DNA of 64,000 nt, taken from the NCBI GenBank assembly GCA_963785725.1, contig CAWAWS010000008.1:56264-120263 (forward strand), in the 5' to 3' direction. The position numbers and the translations under genes were made by a program. Shown one piece after another: positions 35,249-44,076 of this stretch (position 1 is the stretch's first letter; each line of letters opens with the position of its first letter). The DNA comes from an uncultured delta proteobacterium (GTDB taxonomy: Bacteria; Myxococcota_A; Polyangia; Palsa-1104). The notes beneath the pieces are model-generated. The model was not told the origin of the DNA and ran no database searches. It saw nothing but the letters and a program-made list of their open reading frames with translations.

Positions 35249-37522
35249 ATGAATCGAATGTTCAACGTGAGAATGACGGCGATTGCGATCGCGGCGAGCC
35301 TCGGCGGCTGCGCGAATTCGCCGTCGAGCCCCAACCTCGGCACCTATTCGCTGCCGGTGCAGCCGGCCGTGGCGTCGCCCAACGACCGCTTCGCCGGCTT
35401 CGAAGCGTCGGGCGCCGACGTTTACGGCATCAAAGGCTACCTGCCGCCCAACAGCGAGCTCGCCGATCAGTATTACGACATGACCGATCACCAGCGCCTC
35501 GGCCTGGCGACGTGGCACCTGTTCGCCGCCGAGCGCGGCGACTTCTTCCGCACGTCGCAGAAGGTGACGTGGAACGGCCAGAACATGCTGCGCGTGATCG
35601 ACTCGCGCGGCCGCGACAATCAGTTCGAGCGCACCGGCCTCATCAATGATCCCGATTGCACGAAGCGCACGACGCCCGACGCGTTCGGCCTCTACATCGC
35701 CGATTGCCCGAAAGATCCCTATTCGACCGGCATCGTCGGCTTGCGTCTGCGCCCGAACCCCGACTTCGATCCGGTCAAGTGGGCGGCGCTGGGCAACGGC
35801 GACGTCAACGCCGCCGCGACCAACTGGATGCGCCCGCCGGTCGATCGCTTCGAGTGGAAGAGCGACGCTTACGCCGCCGTCGATGCGGTCGAGCCGCCGT
35901 ACGAAGTGGCCATGGCCTGCACCATCTGCCACGCCGCGCCCAACCCGCTGGCGCCGCCGGCGAACGTCAACCAGGCGACATGGAAGAACATCGTCTTCGC
36001 CTTCGGCAATCAGTACTTCAAAGAGGGCCAGATCTTCGGCGACGGCGTGCCGAGCGACGACTTCCTGCGCCAGGTGCTCGACTCGCAGCATCCGGGCACG
36101 TCGGATACGTCGCGCATGGCGACCGATCACATCCACAACCCGAACGTCATCAACTCGATCTTCAACCTGCCGTTCCGCCCGCTGCATCAGGAGCGCGTCA
36201 AGGAGTTCGACGCCAGCGGCCTCGCCGTCGACAACCCCGACATCAAGGCCGGCACCTGCGACGGCACGACCTGCGAAGTCGACACCTATCGCGTCTTGAA
36301 GGACGGCGCCGATTCGTCGGGCGTCTCGGGCGCGGCCTTGCGCGTCTTCATCAACATCGGCTCCTGCTTCGGCCAATTCTCCGCGCACATGGATCCGGTG
36401 TGGGGCAAGGCCTATCCCGAGTCGCCGCTGTCGCGCCGCGACCTGTACGAGAACTGCCCCGACTACGCGCATTTGACGGCGAACGCGCCGGCGCTCATCG
36501 ACTACCTGCGCTTCCTCACGCCCTATCAGCTCAAGGACGCGCCCGGCGGCGCCGCGGTCGTCAAGTCGTGGACCGATCCGCAGATTCAGCTCGGCCGCCA
36601 GGTGTACGCCGAGGAGTGCGCGACCTGCCATTCGTCGAAGCAGCCGGAGTACCCGACGGGCACGCCGGTGCGCGCGGACACGCTGTGGGAGCAGACGTTC
36701 GCGGCCTGGCCGCTTCAGCAGCAGCAGGCGTGGCTCAAAGACCCGACGCGCATCGCCTGGTTCAAGACGCAGGTCGAGGATCCGGCCTTCTTCCAGCAGA
36801 ACTACCTGTCCGACGAGCGCCGCTATCCCTTGCAGCTCATCGGCACCAACGGCGCGCGCGCGCTCGGCACCAACGCCGGCCCGACGGGCGTGTGGGCCGA
36901 GTACGCGTCGGTCGACTATCAGACGATGATTCCGGCGCTGATCCCGCTCTACACGTTCACGCTCGGCATGATTCAGCTGCAGGCGACGGTGCCCGGTCCG
37001 GTCGGTCGCGGCTACTACCGCACGCCGTCCTTGTGGAACGTGTGGTCGACGGCGCCGTTCCTCAACAACAACAGCTTGGGCACGTTCGGCGGCGGCGTCG
37101 ACACCGCGAGCCGCTTGGCCGTCTTCGAGGACTCGATCGAGCAGCTGCTCGGCATGAAGCCGCGCCCGACCGAGATCACGTACACCAACCGCTTCAGCGC
37201 GCTCACGACCATCCCGATCGAGCTCCCGGCCTTGCCGTTCCCGATCCCGGGCGTCGATCTCAACAAGCTCAAGTTGGGGCTGCCGATTCCGCCCGGCGTT
37301 CCCGTCTCGGCCGTCGCCGACCTGGAGCTCAGCCTGCACGACGTGGGCACGTTCACGCTCACCGATTACCTGAGCTTCCTCGTCGACCCGCAATACTTCA
37401 TGGACAAGCTCAAGGACTTCATCCCCGTCTTCGATCCCGTCGAGAACAAGGGCCACACGTTCGGCAACGACCGCACCGTCGCCGAGAAGCAGGCGCTCAT
37501 CGAGTTCTTGAAGACGCTGTAG
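35249..37522 (+). CDS. Di-heme cytochrome c lipoprotein, RoxA/MauG-like
   Basis: AAGGAG RBS, lipobox LGGC, CxxCH motifs CTICH and CATCH, YRTPSLWNVWSTAPFLNNNS, C-terminal NKGHTFG...LIEFLKTL. Confidence 0.85.
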   Translation: MNRMFNVRMTAIAIAASLGGCANSPSSPNLGTYSLPVQPAVASPNDRFAGFEASGADVYGIKGYLPPNSELADQYYDMTDHQRLGLATWHLFAAERGDFFRTSQKVTWNGQNMLRVIDSRGRDNQFERTGLINDPDCTKRTTPDAFGLYIADCPKDPYSTGIVGLRLRPNPDFDPVKWAALGNGDVNAAATNWMRPPVDRFEWKSDAYAAVDAVEPPYEVAMACTICHAAPNPLAPPANVNQATWKNIVFAFGNQYFKEGQIFGDGVPSDDFLRQVLDSQHPGTSDTSRMATDHIHNPNVINSIFNLPFRPLHQERVKEFDASGLAVDNPDIKAGTCDGTTCEVDTYRVLKDGADSSGVSGAALRVFINIGSCFGQFSAHMDPVWGKAYPESPLSRRDLYENCPDYAHLTANAPALIDYLRFLTPYQLKDAPGGAAVVKSWTDPQIQLGRQVYAEECATCHSSKQPEYPTGTPVRADTLWEQTFAAWPLQQQQAWLKDPTRIAWFKTQVEDPAFFQQNYLSDERRYPLQLIGTNGARALGTNAGPTGVWAEYASVDYQTMIPALIPLYTFTLGMIQLQATVPGPVGRGYYRTPSLWNVWSTAPFLNNNSLGTFGGGVDTASRLAVFEDSIEQLLGMKPRPTEITYTNRFSALTTIPIELPALPFPIPGVDLNKLKLGLPIPPGVPVSAVADLELSLHDVGTFTLTDYLSFLVDPQYFMDKLKDFIPVFDPVENKGHTFGNDRTVAEKQALIEFLKTL

Positions 37523-37612
37523 CGCATTCGTAAGTGCTTACGTAAGTAAACGTTCGCGGGGTCGGCGCGCTCGGGTAGGCGCCGGCCCCGCGTTTTTTCG
37601 CTTGGGAGTCCC

Positions 37613-39679
37613 ATGCTCGTTCGTCGCTGCGCGGCTGTCGTCGCGCTCCTTGGTTTTGCCGCTTGCGCGCGTGAAGCGGCGCCGGTCGCCACCGCGGTCT
37701 CGCCTCTGTCGGTCGCGCTCACGACGTTGCCGCCCTACGACGCCGACGGCTGCTACGGCGCCGACTGCGCCAGCGTCGGGCTCGACAACGCGTTCGAGTA
37801 CGTCATCGTCGGCGCCGGCGCCGGCGGCGGGCCGCTGGCGGCGCGGCTGGCGCGCGCCGGCCATCGCGTGCTGCTGCTCGAAGCCGGCAGCGACGCCGGC
37901 GACCGGCTCACCTACCAAATCCCCGCCTGGCACGTGCTCGCCAGCGAAGACGCGGCCATGCGCTGGGACTACTTCGTGCAGCATTACGACGACCCGGCGC
38001 AGGCCGCGCGCGACGACAAGCTCGTCCGCGACGGCGCCGGCAATCCCGAAGGCATCTGGTATCCGCGCGGCAGCGGCGTCGGCGGCAGCACGGCGTTGAA
38101 CGCGCTCATCGCGGTGACGCCGCACGACAGCGACTGGAACGACCTCGCGACGACGCTGGCCGCCGAAGATCCCAGCGGCTCGTGGTCGGCGGCCGCCATG
38201 CGCCAATATTTCGTGCGCGCCGAGAACAACGGCTACTTGCCCGCCGGCACCGTCGGCCACGGCTTTACCGGCTGGATGACCGTCGACGTCTTCCTGGATC
38301 GCCTCGTCGACTACCTGATGGCCGCCATCGACCTAAAGATGTTACGCGTCATCATTGCTACGATCGTGCAGACCGGCCAAGAGCTGGGCACGACCTTGCC
38401 GTTCGATCCCGTCGCCGACGTCACGCGGCTCTTGTCGTACGTGCAAAGCGACCTCAACTCGGCCGATCCGGGGCGCGACACGCGGCAAGGCTCGTTCCGC
38501 GTGCCCGAGCAGACGCTCGGCGGCAAGCGCAACGGCGTGCGCGAGTTCGTCATCGACACCATCGCCGCCGGCTATCCGCTGACGTTGAAGACGCACGCCT
38601 TGGCGACGCGCGTCCTCTTCGATCGTTCGGCGGCGCGGCCGCGCGCCACCGGCGTCGAATTCCTCGACGGCGCCGACCTGTACGCCGCCGCGCCCGTGCA
38701 AAATACGAGCGCCGGCGTCACGCGCCAGATCCGCGTCTCGGGCGAGGTCGTGCTGTCGGCCGGCACGTTCAATACGCCGCAGCTGCTCATGCTGTCGGGC
38801 ATCGGCGACAAGACGGCGCTGGCCGCGCAAGGCATCGACAGCGTCGTCGACCTGCCCGGCGTCGGCGCCAATCTGCAAGATCGCTACGAGATGAGCGTCA
38901 TCGGCGAGATGACGAGCGTCTTCGGCGACGCGTTCACGCTCATCAAGGACTGCAGCTTCGACCCGACCAAGACGCCGGCGCAGCTCGCGGTCAGCGACGT
39001 CTGCTACGCCTTGTGGCAGCAGCAGCTCGGCGTCTACACCATCAACGGCACCGCCGTCGGCGTCGTCAAGAGATCGAGCACGGCCGGCGCCGATCCCGAC
39101 CTCTTCATCTTCGGCTTACCCGGCTATTTCCGCGGCTACTATCCCGGCTACAGCCGCGACGCCGTCGCTTCGCGCCGCTATTTCTCGTGGGTCATCTTGA
39201 AGGCGCATTCGCGCAACCACGCCGGCACCGTGACGCTGGCGTCCGCCGATCCGCGCGCGCGGCCCGCCATCCACTTCCGCTCGTTCGCGCAAGGCGGCGA
39301 CGCCGACCTGCAGGCGGTCGTCGACGGCGTCGGCTTCGTGCGCCGCATCGTCGCCAAGACCGAGGCGCTCTCGCCGCCGCTCACCGACTCCTTCACCGAG
39401 GTCTATCCCGGCGCCGCCGTCGGTCCGGCGCAGCTGCCGCAATTCATCAAGAACGAAGCGTGGGGACATCACGCCTGCGGCACGGCGAAAATAGGCGCCG
39501 CCGACGATCCGATGGCCGTGCTCGACAGCCGCTTTCGCGTGCGCGGCGCCGATGGTCTGCGCGTCGTCGACGCCTCGGTCTTCCCCGACATCCCCGGCTA
39601 TTTCTTGGCCGTCCCCGTCTACATGATCAGCGAGAAGGCCGCCGACGTCATCGACCAGGATTCGCGCGTCATCAAGTAG
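37613..39679 (+). CDS. GMC family oxidoreductase with lipoprotein signal
   Basis: IVGAGAGGG FAD motif, RGSGVGGSTALN, LLMLSGIG, VGANLQD, WGHHACGT, LRVVDAS; N-terminal RR and FAAC lipobox. Confidence 0.93.
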   Translation: MLVRRCAAVVALLGFAACAREAAPVATAVSPLSVALTTLPPYDADGCYGADCASVGLDNAFEYVIVGAGAGGGPLAARLARAGHRVLLLEAGSDAGDRLTYQIPAWHVLASEDAAMRWDYFVQHYDDPAQAARDDKLVRDGAGNPEGIWYPRGSGVGGSTALNALIAVTPHDSDWNDLATTLAAEDPSGSWSAAAMRQYFVRAENNGYLPAGTVGHGFTGWMTVDVFLDRLVDYLMAAIDLKMLRVIIATIVQTGQELGTTLPFDPVADVTRLLSYVQSDLNSADPGRDTRQGSFRVPEQTLGGKRNGVREFVIDTIAAGYPLTLKTHALATRVLFDRSAARPRATGVEFLDGADLYAAAPVQNTSAGVTRQIRVSGEVVLSAGTFNTPQLLMLSGIGDKTALAAQGIDSVVDLPGVGANLQDRYEMSVIGEMTSVFGDAFTLIKDCSFDPTKTPAQLAVSDVCYALWQQQLGVYTINGTAVGVVKRSSTAGADPDLFIFGLPGYFRGYYPGYSRDAVASRRYFSWVILKAHSRNHAGTVTLASADPRARPAIHFRSFAQGGDADLQAVVDGVGFVRRIVAKTEALSPPLTDSFTEVYPGAAVGPAQLPQFIKNEAWGHHACGTAKIGAADDPMAVLDSRFRVRGADGLRVVDASVFPDIPGYFLAVPVYMISEKAADVIDQDSRVIK

Positions 39680-40598
39680 CGGCGCGGACGACGTGCGCGG
39701 GGGTCGCGCCGAGGCCCAGCTTCTCGGTCCACGCGGCGGCGAAGTCGACGAAGCTGCGGATCTTCGGCGACAGCTGCGCCCCCGCCGCATACACGAGGCT
39801 CACCGGCAGAATCTGACCCACTTCGCGCTCGAGGATGGGCACGAGGCGACCCGACCCGAGCTCGGCGTGCATGAGCGAGCGCGCCATGAGCGCGATGCCG
39901 ATGCCGGCGACGGCGGCCGTATGCAAGAGGCCGGCGGCGTTGGCGAGCAGCTTCGGGCGCGCGACCGTGAACGAGCCGCCGTCGTAGAGCGGCCACGGCT
40001 CGTGCACGCCGTTGGCGCGGACGGACACGATGCAGTCGTGCGCCGCCAGCTGCTCGACCGCGGCCGGCACGCCTCGCCGCGCCAGATATTCCGGGCTGGC
40101 GACCAGCCCATACGGCTCACGCAAGAGGCAGCGCGCCATCAACGCCGCGTGCCGCTCGAGGCCGATCTGCACCGCCAGATCGAAGCCGTCCGCGAGCGGA
40201 TTGCACGGCTCCGACGACATGTGAACCTGCACGTCGACCTCGGGATAGGCGCAGGCGAACGCCACCATCATCGGCCCCACGATCTGCTCGATGCCGATGA
40301 TGGGGCAGGCGATGCGCAAGGGGCCGCGCGGTTTGCCGTTGAGCTGGTGCACGGCGGCCTCGGCGGCGCGCAGGCGCGTCAGGGTATCGCGGCAGCCGTC
40401 GGCGAAGACGACGCCGGCTTCGGTGAGCGAGCAGTCGCGCGACGTACGATGCACGAGCGGCACGCCGAGCCGCTCCTCCAGCGTCGTCAGGTGACGGGTG
40501 ATGGTGGCGCGCGTCAGGCCGCACAAGCGCGCGGCCGCGGTCAGGCTGCCGGTATCGGCCAGGGCGACGAAGAGCTCGAGGTCGTACGGGGTCAGCAT
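39672..40598 (-). CDS. LysR family transcriptional regulator
   Basis: GSLTAAAR...TITRHLTTLEERLG HTH; substrate-binding domain. Confidence 0.93.
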   Translation of the reverse strand: MLTPYDLELFVALADTGSLTAAARLCGLTRATITRHLTTLEERLGVPLVHRTSRDCSLTEAGVVFADGCRDTLTRLRAAEAAVHQLNGKPRGPLRIACPIIGIEQIVGPMMVAFACAYPEVDVQVHMSSEPCNPLADGFDLAVQIGLERHAALMARCLLREPYGLVASPEYLARRGVPAAVEQLAAHDCIVSVRANGVHEPWPLYDGGSFTVARPKLLANAAGLLHTAAVAGIGIALMARSLMHAELGSGRLVPILEREVGQILPVSLVYAAGAQLSPKIRSFVDFAAAWTEKLGLGATPAHVVRAAT

Positions 40599-40686
40599 GA
40601 GGCGTCCTCAGCGGGCGAGTGGGAGTCATCCTACGTCAACGCAGATGTAACCTCTGTCGGCGGGCGCACGCTCCTTACGGCGATAT

Positions 40687-41688
40687 TTACCCACTGATTT
40701 CCGGCATGTAGCCTTCGCGCATCCACCAGGCGAACGCGTCGCGGAGGGCGGTTGTGAGCGGCGTCTGCGGCATTCCCAGCTCGCGGACGGCCTTTTGGCA
40801 GTCGGCGCGCAGCTCGAGCTCGGTGATGGCGACCGCCGCCGGCGTCAGGAGCGGCGGCTTGCCGGTGCGTTCGGCGACGGCGACGGCGGCGCGGGCGGCG
40901 AGCCGCGCGGCCCACTTGGGCGCGACGACGATCGGCCGGCGCACGCCGAGCACCGCGTGCGCGGCCGCGGCCAATTCGCGCATCGTCAGGTCACGACCGC
41001 CGAGCAGATACGACGCGCCGCTGCGGCCGCGCTCGGCGGCGAGGACGTGGCCGCGCGCGATGTCGCGCACGTCGGCGAAGTTGCCGGCGCTGTCGGGCAC
41101 GATCGCGATCGGCGAGGTGGCCGCGGCCAAGATCGCGCGGCCCGTCGGTGTCGGTGCGACGTCGCCGGGCCCGATCGGTCCCGTCGGCGCGACGACGACG
41201 ACATGCATGCCGTCGGCCGCGAATTTCAGCGCCGCCTCGTGCGCGACGGCTTTGGTGCGCGAGTAGACGTCGCCGGTGGCGCCGAGCGCGAACGGGCTCG
41301 CCTCGGTCGCTTGCACGCCGCGTCCTTGTCCGCCGAAGCGCGCGATGGAGCTGGTGACGACGGCGCGCGCGACCCCGGCGTCGCGCGCGGCCGCAAGAAC
41401 GATCCGCGTGCCGTCGACGTTCACGCGCCACATGCGCTCGGGATCGCGCGTCCACAAGGCGTAGATGGCGGCGAGATGGAACAGGCGGTCGCAGCCGCGC
41501 ATCGCCGCACGCATGCCGGCGGCATCGGTGACGTCGCCGGCCACGCGCTCGACGTCGAGCCCGCGCAGGTTGCGCAGGTCTTCGCCGGGCAGATGCAGCG
41601 CGCGGACGGCGACGCCGTCAGCGACGAGCGCGCGGACGACGTGCGCGCCGATGAAGCCGGCCGCGCCGGTGACGAGCGCCGTCGACAT
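40687..41688 (-). CDS. NAD-dependent epimerase/dehydratase, HpnA / 3-beta-HSD-like
   Basis: LVTGAAGFIG, FHLAAIY, YSRTK catalytic motif, PIGPGDVAPTPTG. Confidence 0.9.
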   Translation of the reverse strand: MSTALVTGAAGFIGAHVVRALVADGVAVRALHLPGEDLRNLRGLDVERVAGDVTDAAGMRAAMRGCDRLFHLAAIYALWTRDPERMWRVNVDGTRIVLAAARDAGVARAVVTSSIARFGGQGRGVQATEASPFALGATGDVYSRTKAVAHEAALKFAADGMHVVVVAPTGPIGPGDVAPTPTGRAILAAATSPIAIVPDSAGNFADVRDIARGHVLAAERGRSGASYLLGGRDLTMRELAAAAHAVLGVRRPIVVAPKWAARLAARAAVAVAERTGKPPLLTPAAVAITELELRADCQKAVRELGMPQTPLTTALRDAFAWWMREGYMPEISG

Positions 41689-41702
41689 CGACGGGGCCGC
41701 GC

Positions 41703-42260
41703 TCAGCGCTGCTGCAGCCCGAAGTAGAGGACGAGCCGCTCCGTCTGCCCGAGCTGCAGATAGGCTTGACCCAAAAACAGCCCCGGCGACAGCTCGCGAA
41801 TCTCGTCCTTGATGGCGCGGATGAAGAACGGGTTCGTCGGATGGTCGTAGTCGAGCTGCACCGACGCGAAGTCGCCGGCGCGCGACGGACCGACGAACGT
41901 CGTGAACTGGAACAGCTTCCAGCGATCGCTGAAGACGCGGTTGATGCCTTCGCCGGCCTGGCTGTCGCGCGGCGTGAAGCTCTTGCCGCGCCACGGGAAA
42001 TGATCCCAGCTGCCGAGCGTGCGCACGGCGCCGGCGAATAGCCCGGTCGCGCCTTGCCAGGCGAGCATCCGGCCGCGCAGATCGCCGACAACGCGCTCGA
42101 GCTTGGGCACGGAGGCGCCGGCGTAAAGCGCCGCCAACGCGTCGGTGTCGAGCGCCAAGAGTCCTTCGACCGTCGTCGGTGGCGTGGTGACGGCGGCGGT
42201 CTTCGAGGCAGCGCCGTTGCGCGGGCGTTCTGACGAATGGGTCGCGGATTCGACTTGCAT
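41703..42260 (-). CDS. Hypothetical protein (WRGKSF...LDY...DEIRELSPGLFLG family)
   Basis: GGAGG RBS; motifs shared with the 34298-35209 protein. Confidence 0.8.
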   Translation of the reverse strand: MQVESATHSSERPRNGAASKTAAVTTPPTTVEGLLALDTDALAALYAGASVPKLERVVGDLRGRMLAWQGATGLFAGAVRTLGSWDHFPWRGKSFTPRDSQAGEGINRVFSDRWKLFQFTTFVGPSRAGDFASVQLDYDHPTNPFFIRAIKDEIRELSPGLFLGQAYLQLGQTERLVLYFGLQQR

Positions 42261-42274
42261 GGGAGCCTCCGGTT

Positions 42275-42330
42275 TTGACATACGGTCGCGTATGTGAGCT
42301 TGATTCTTCACATACGGACCGGTATGTCAA
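42275..42330. promoter_or_regulatory. Two TetR-type operators ACATAC-N6-GTATGT, each overlapping a TTGACA box
   Basis: 42278-42295 and 42310-42327; TTGACA at 42275-42280 (+) and 42325-42330 (-). Confidence 0.8.
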
Positions 42331-42334
42331 TGGA

Positions 42335-42982
42335 GTGTTGTCGACGCGCGCGCTGACGAAGCAAAAGACTCGGGAATCCTTGATCCAAGCGGGCATGGCG
42401 CTGTTCGCCGAAGCGGGCCTCGATGGGCCGAGCCTGGACGCGATCTGCGAGCGCGCCGGCTTTACGCGCGGCGCGTTCTACGTGCACTTCGCCGATCGCG
42501 ACGACTTCTTGGTCGCGGTCATGGAAGAGGTCGGGCGCGGTTTCCTCGACGCCGTCATCGGCCACGGGCTGGCGCCGACGATCGAGCGCTTCATGGCATC
42601 GGTGGCGAGCGGGCTCTATCCGCTGACGAAGCAGGGTGGCGTGCGGCCTTATCAGCTGTATGACGCCTGTGCGCGATCGCCGGCGATTCGGCAGCGTTAT
42701 CTGCAGATCATCGGGCTGGCGATCGAGCGGCTGACGGTCGTCGTCGCCGACGGGCAACAGCAGGGCACGCTCGGTCGCGCCGTTCCGGCGAATGACGCCG
42801 CGGCGCTGCTGCTGGCGCTGGCGATCGGCGCGCATACGATGCTCGACCTCGAGCTCGCCCTCGATTATGCGGCGTTGGCGCGGGCGGCGTTGACGCTGCT
42901 GTCGGCGGGCGCGACGCCGACGAGCTCGGCGCCGACCGCAAAATCACCGAAGCTGCGGGCCAAGCCACGGCGGAGACGTTGA
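42335..42982 (+). CDS. TetR/AcrR family transcriptional regulator
   Basis: SLDAICERAGFTRGAFYVHF HTH; start approximate. Confidence 0.92.
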   Translation: MLSTRALTKQKTRESLIQAGMALFAEAGLDGPSLDAICERAGFTRGAFYVHFADRDDFLVAVMEEVGRGFLDAVIGHGLAPTIERFMASVASGLYPLTKQGGVRPYQLYDACARSPAIRQRYLQIIGLAIERLTVVVADGQQQGTLGRAVPANDAAALLLALAIGAHTMLDLELALDYAALARAALTLLSAGATPTSSAPTAKSPKLRAKPRRRR

Positions 42983-42989
42983 CGCGGAC

Positions 42990-43295
42990 ATGGGCTGGGC
43001 GACTGCGTACATTCAGGACTTGAAAGAAGGCAAGACGGTCAGCTTTCGGCCGCGCGGGCACTCGATGAGCGGCAAGATATCGTCCGGTCAATTGTGCACG
43101 GTGGCGCCGCTCGCCGCCGATGAGCCGTTGGCAGTGGGCGATATCGTGCTGTGCAAGGTGAACGGCTCGGACTATCTGCACCTCGTGAAGGCGATTCGCG
43201 GGCCGCAATATCAAATCGGCAACAATCGCGGCGGAATCAATGGCTGGATCGCCGCGCGCAACATCTTCGGCAAATGCATTCGCGTCGAGCCGTAA
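42990..43295 (+). CDS. Small S24/S26 peptidase-like protein
   Basis: RGHSM motif, VGDIVLC, YLHLV, GNN. Confidence 0.65.
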   Translation: MGWATAYIQDLKEGKTVSFRPRGHSMSGKISSGQLCTVAPLAADEPLAVGDIVLCKVNGSDYLHLVKAIRGPQYQIGNNRGGINGWIAARNIFGKCIRVEP

Positions 43296-43317
43296 CGCGC
43301 GCGCTATCTCCGATTCG

Positions 43318-43975
43318 TCATTCGCAGGAGTCGCAGGTCGCGCAAGCGACGCCGCGCGACGGCGGCTTCGCTTGCGCGACGATGGGCTCGTCTTGCGCGT
43401 CGATGCGTGGCGATGGCTGCGTCTTTTTCCCGCGTGAAAACAGCAGCGCGCGCAGCCGCGGGCTCGCCAAGATGCGGCCGAACAGCGCCGAGATGAAGCG
43501 CCCGCCCGCCGGCGGTTTCGCCGCCTTCAGGAGCGCGTGCTCCGTCCGGTCGCGCGGCGGATAAATCAGCTCGGTATTGATGAGCTGCTTGAACGGCTTG
43601 GCTTCCAAGCCGCGGCCGATAATCTCGTTGCGCGCGAAACCAGTCGTGATCAGCGCGCCCCAATGGCCGAGGTCGAGGCAGGTCAAATACAGGCGCTGCT
43701 CGTATTTGCGCGGCCGTTTCCCCGCCAGCCACGCCAGCGCGTTGTGGCCGGCATATTTGCCCTGCGGGATCGCGTGCTGGCAGGACATCATGGCCGGCTG
43801 CGCGGCGTCGACGAGGGCGCGGGCGCTGTCGCCGGCCGCCCAGATGGGCTCGCCGCTCGTGACGCGCAGCGTGTCGTCGACGGCCAAGCGACCGTGCGCG
43901 TCGGCGGCGGGCGCGACGAAGCGGGCGAGCGGGCTCGCGTGCACGCCGGCCGTCCACGAGACGATCGCATCATCG
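43318..43975 (-). pseudogene. C-terminal fragment of an NDH-2-like FAD-dependent oxidoreductase
   Basis: WTAGVHASPL, GRLAVD, IWAAGDSA, MSCQHA, TCLDLG; N-terminal Rossmann domains absent. Confidence 0.65.
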
Positions 43976-44076
43976 CCATCCGCTCGCTGATGGCGCGCCC
44001 AAAGCTGCAGTCCATTCGCTTCTGACGCTCGTGTCGTCGCCGGCGCTGCTGCCGAATCCTCAGTGCCGCTAGGCGC

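Noticed and set aside
25135..37456. Very long alternative-frame ORFs (25135-28566 minus, 31395-33956 plus, 34349-37456 minus)
   Set aside because: Shadow ORFs of high-GC genes; Arg/Ala-rich with no motifs, opposite well-supported genes
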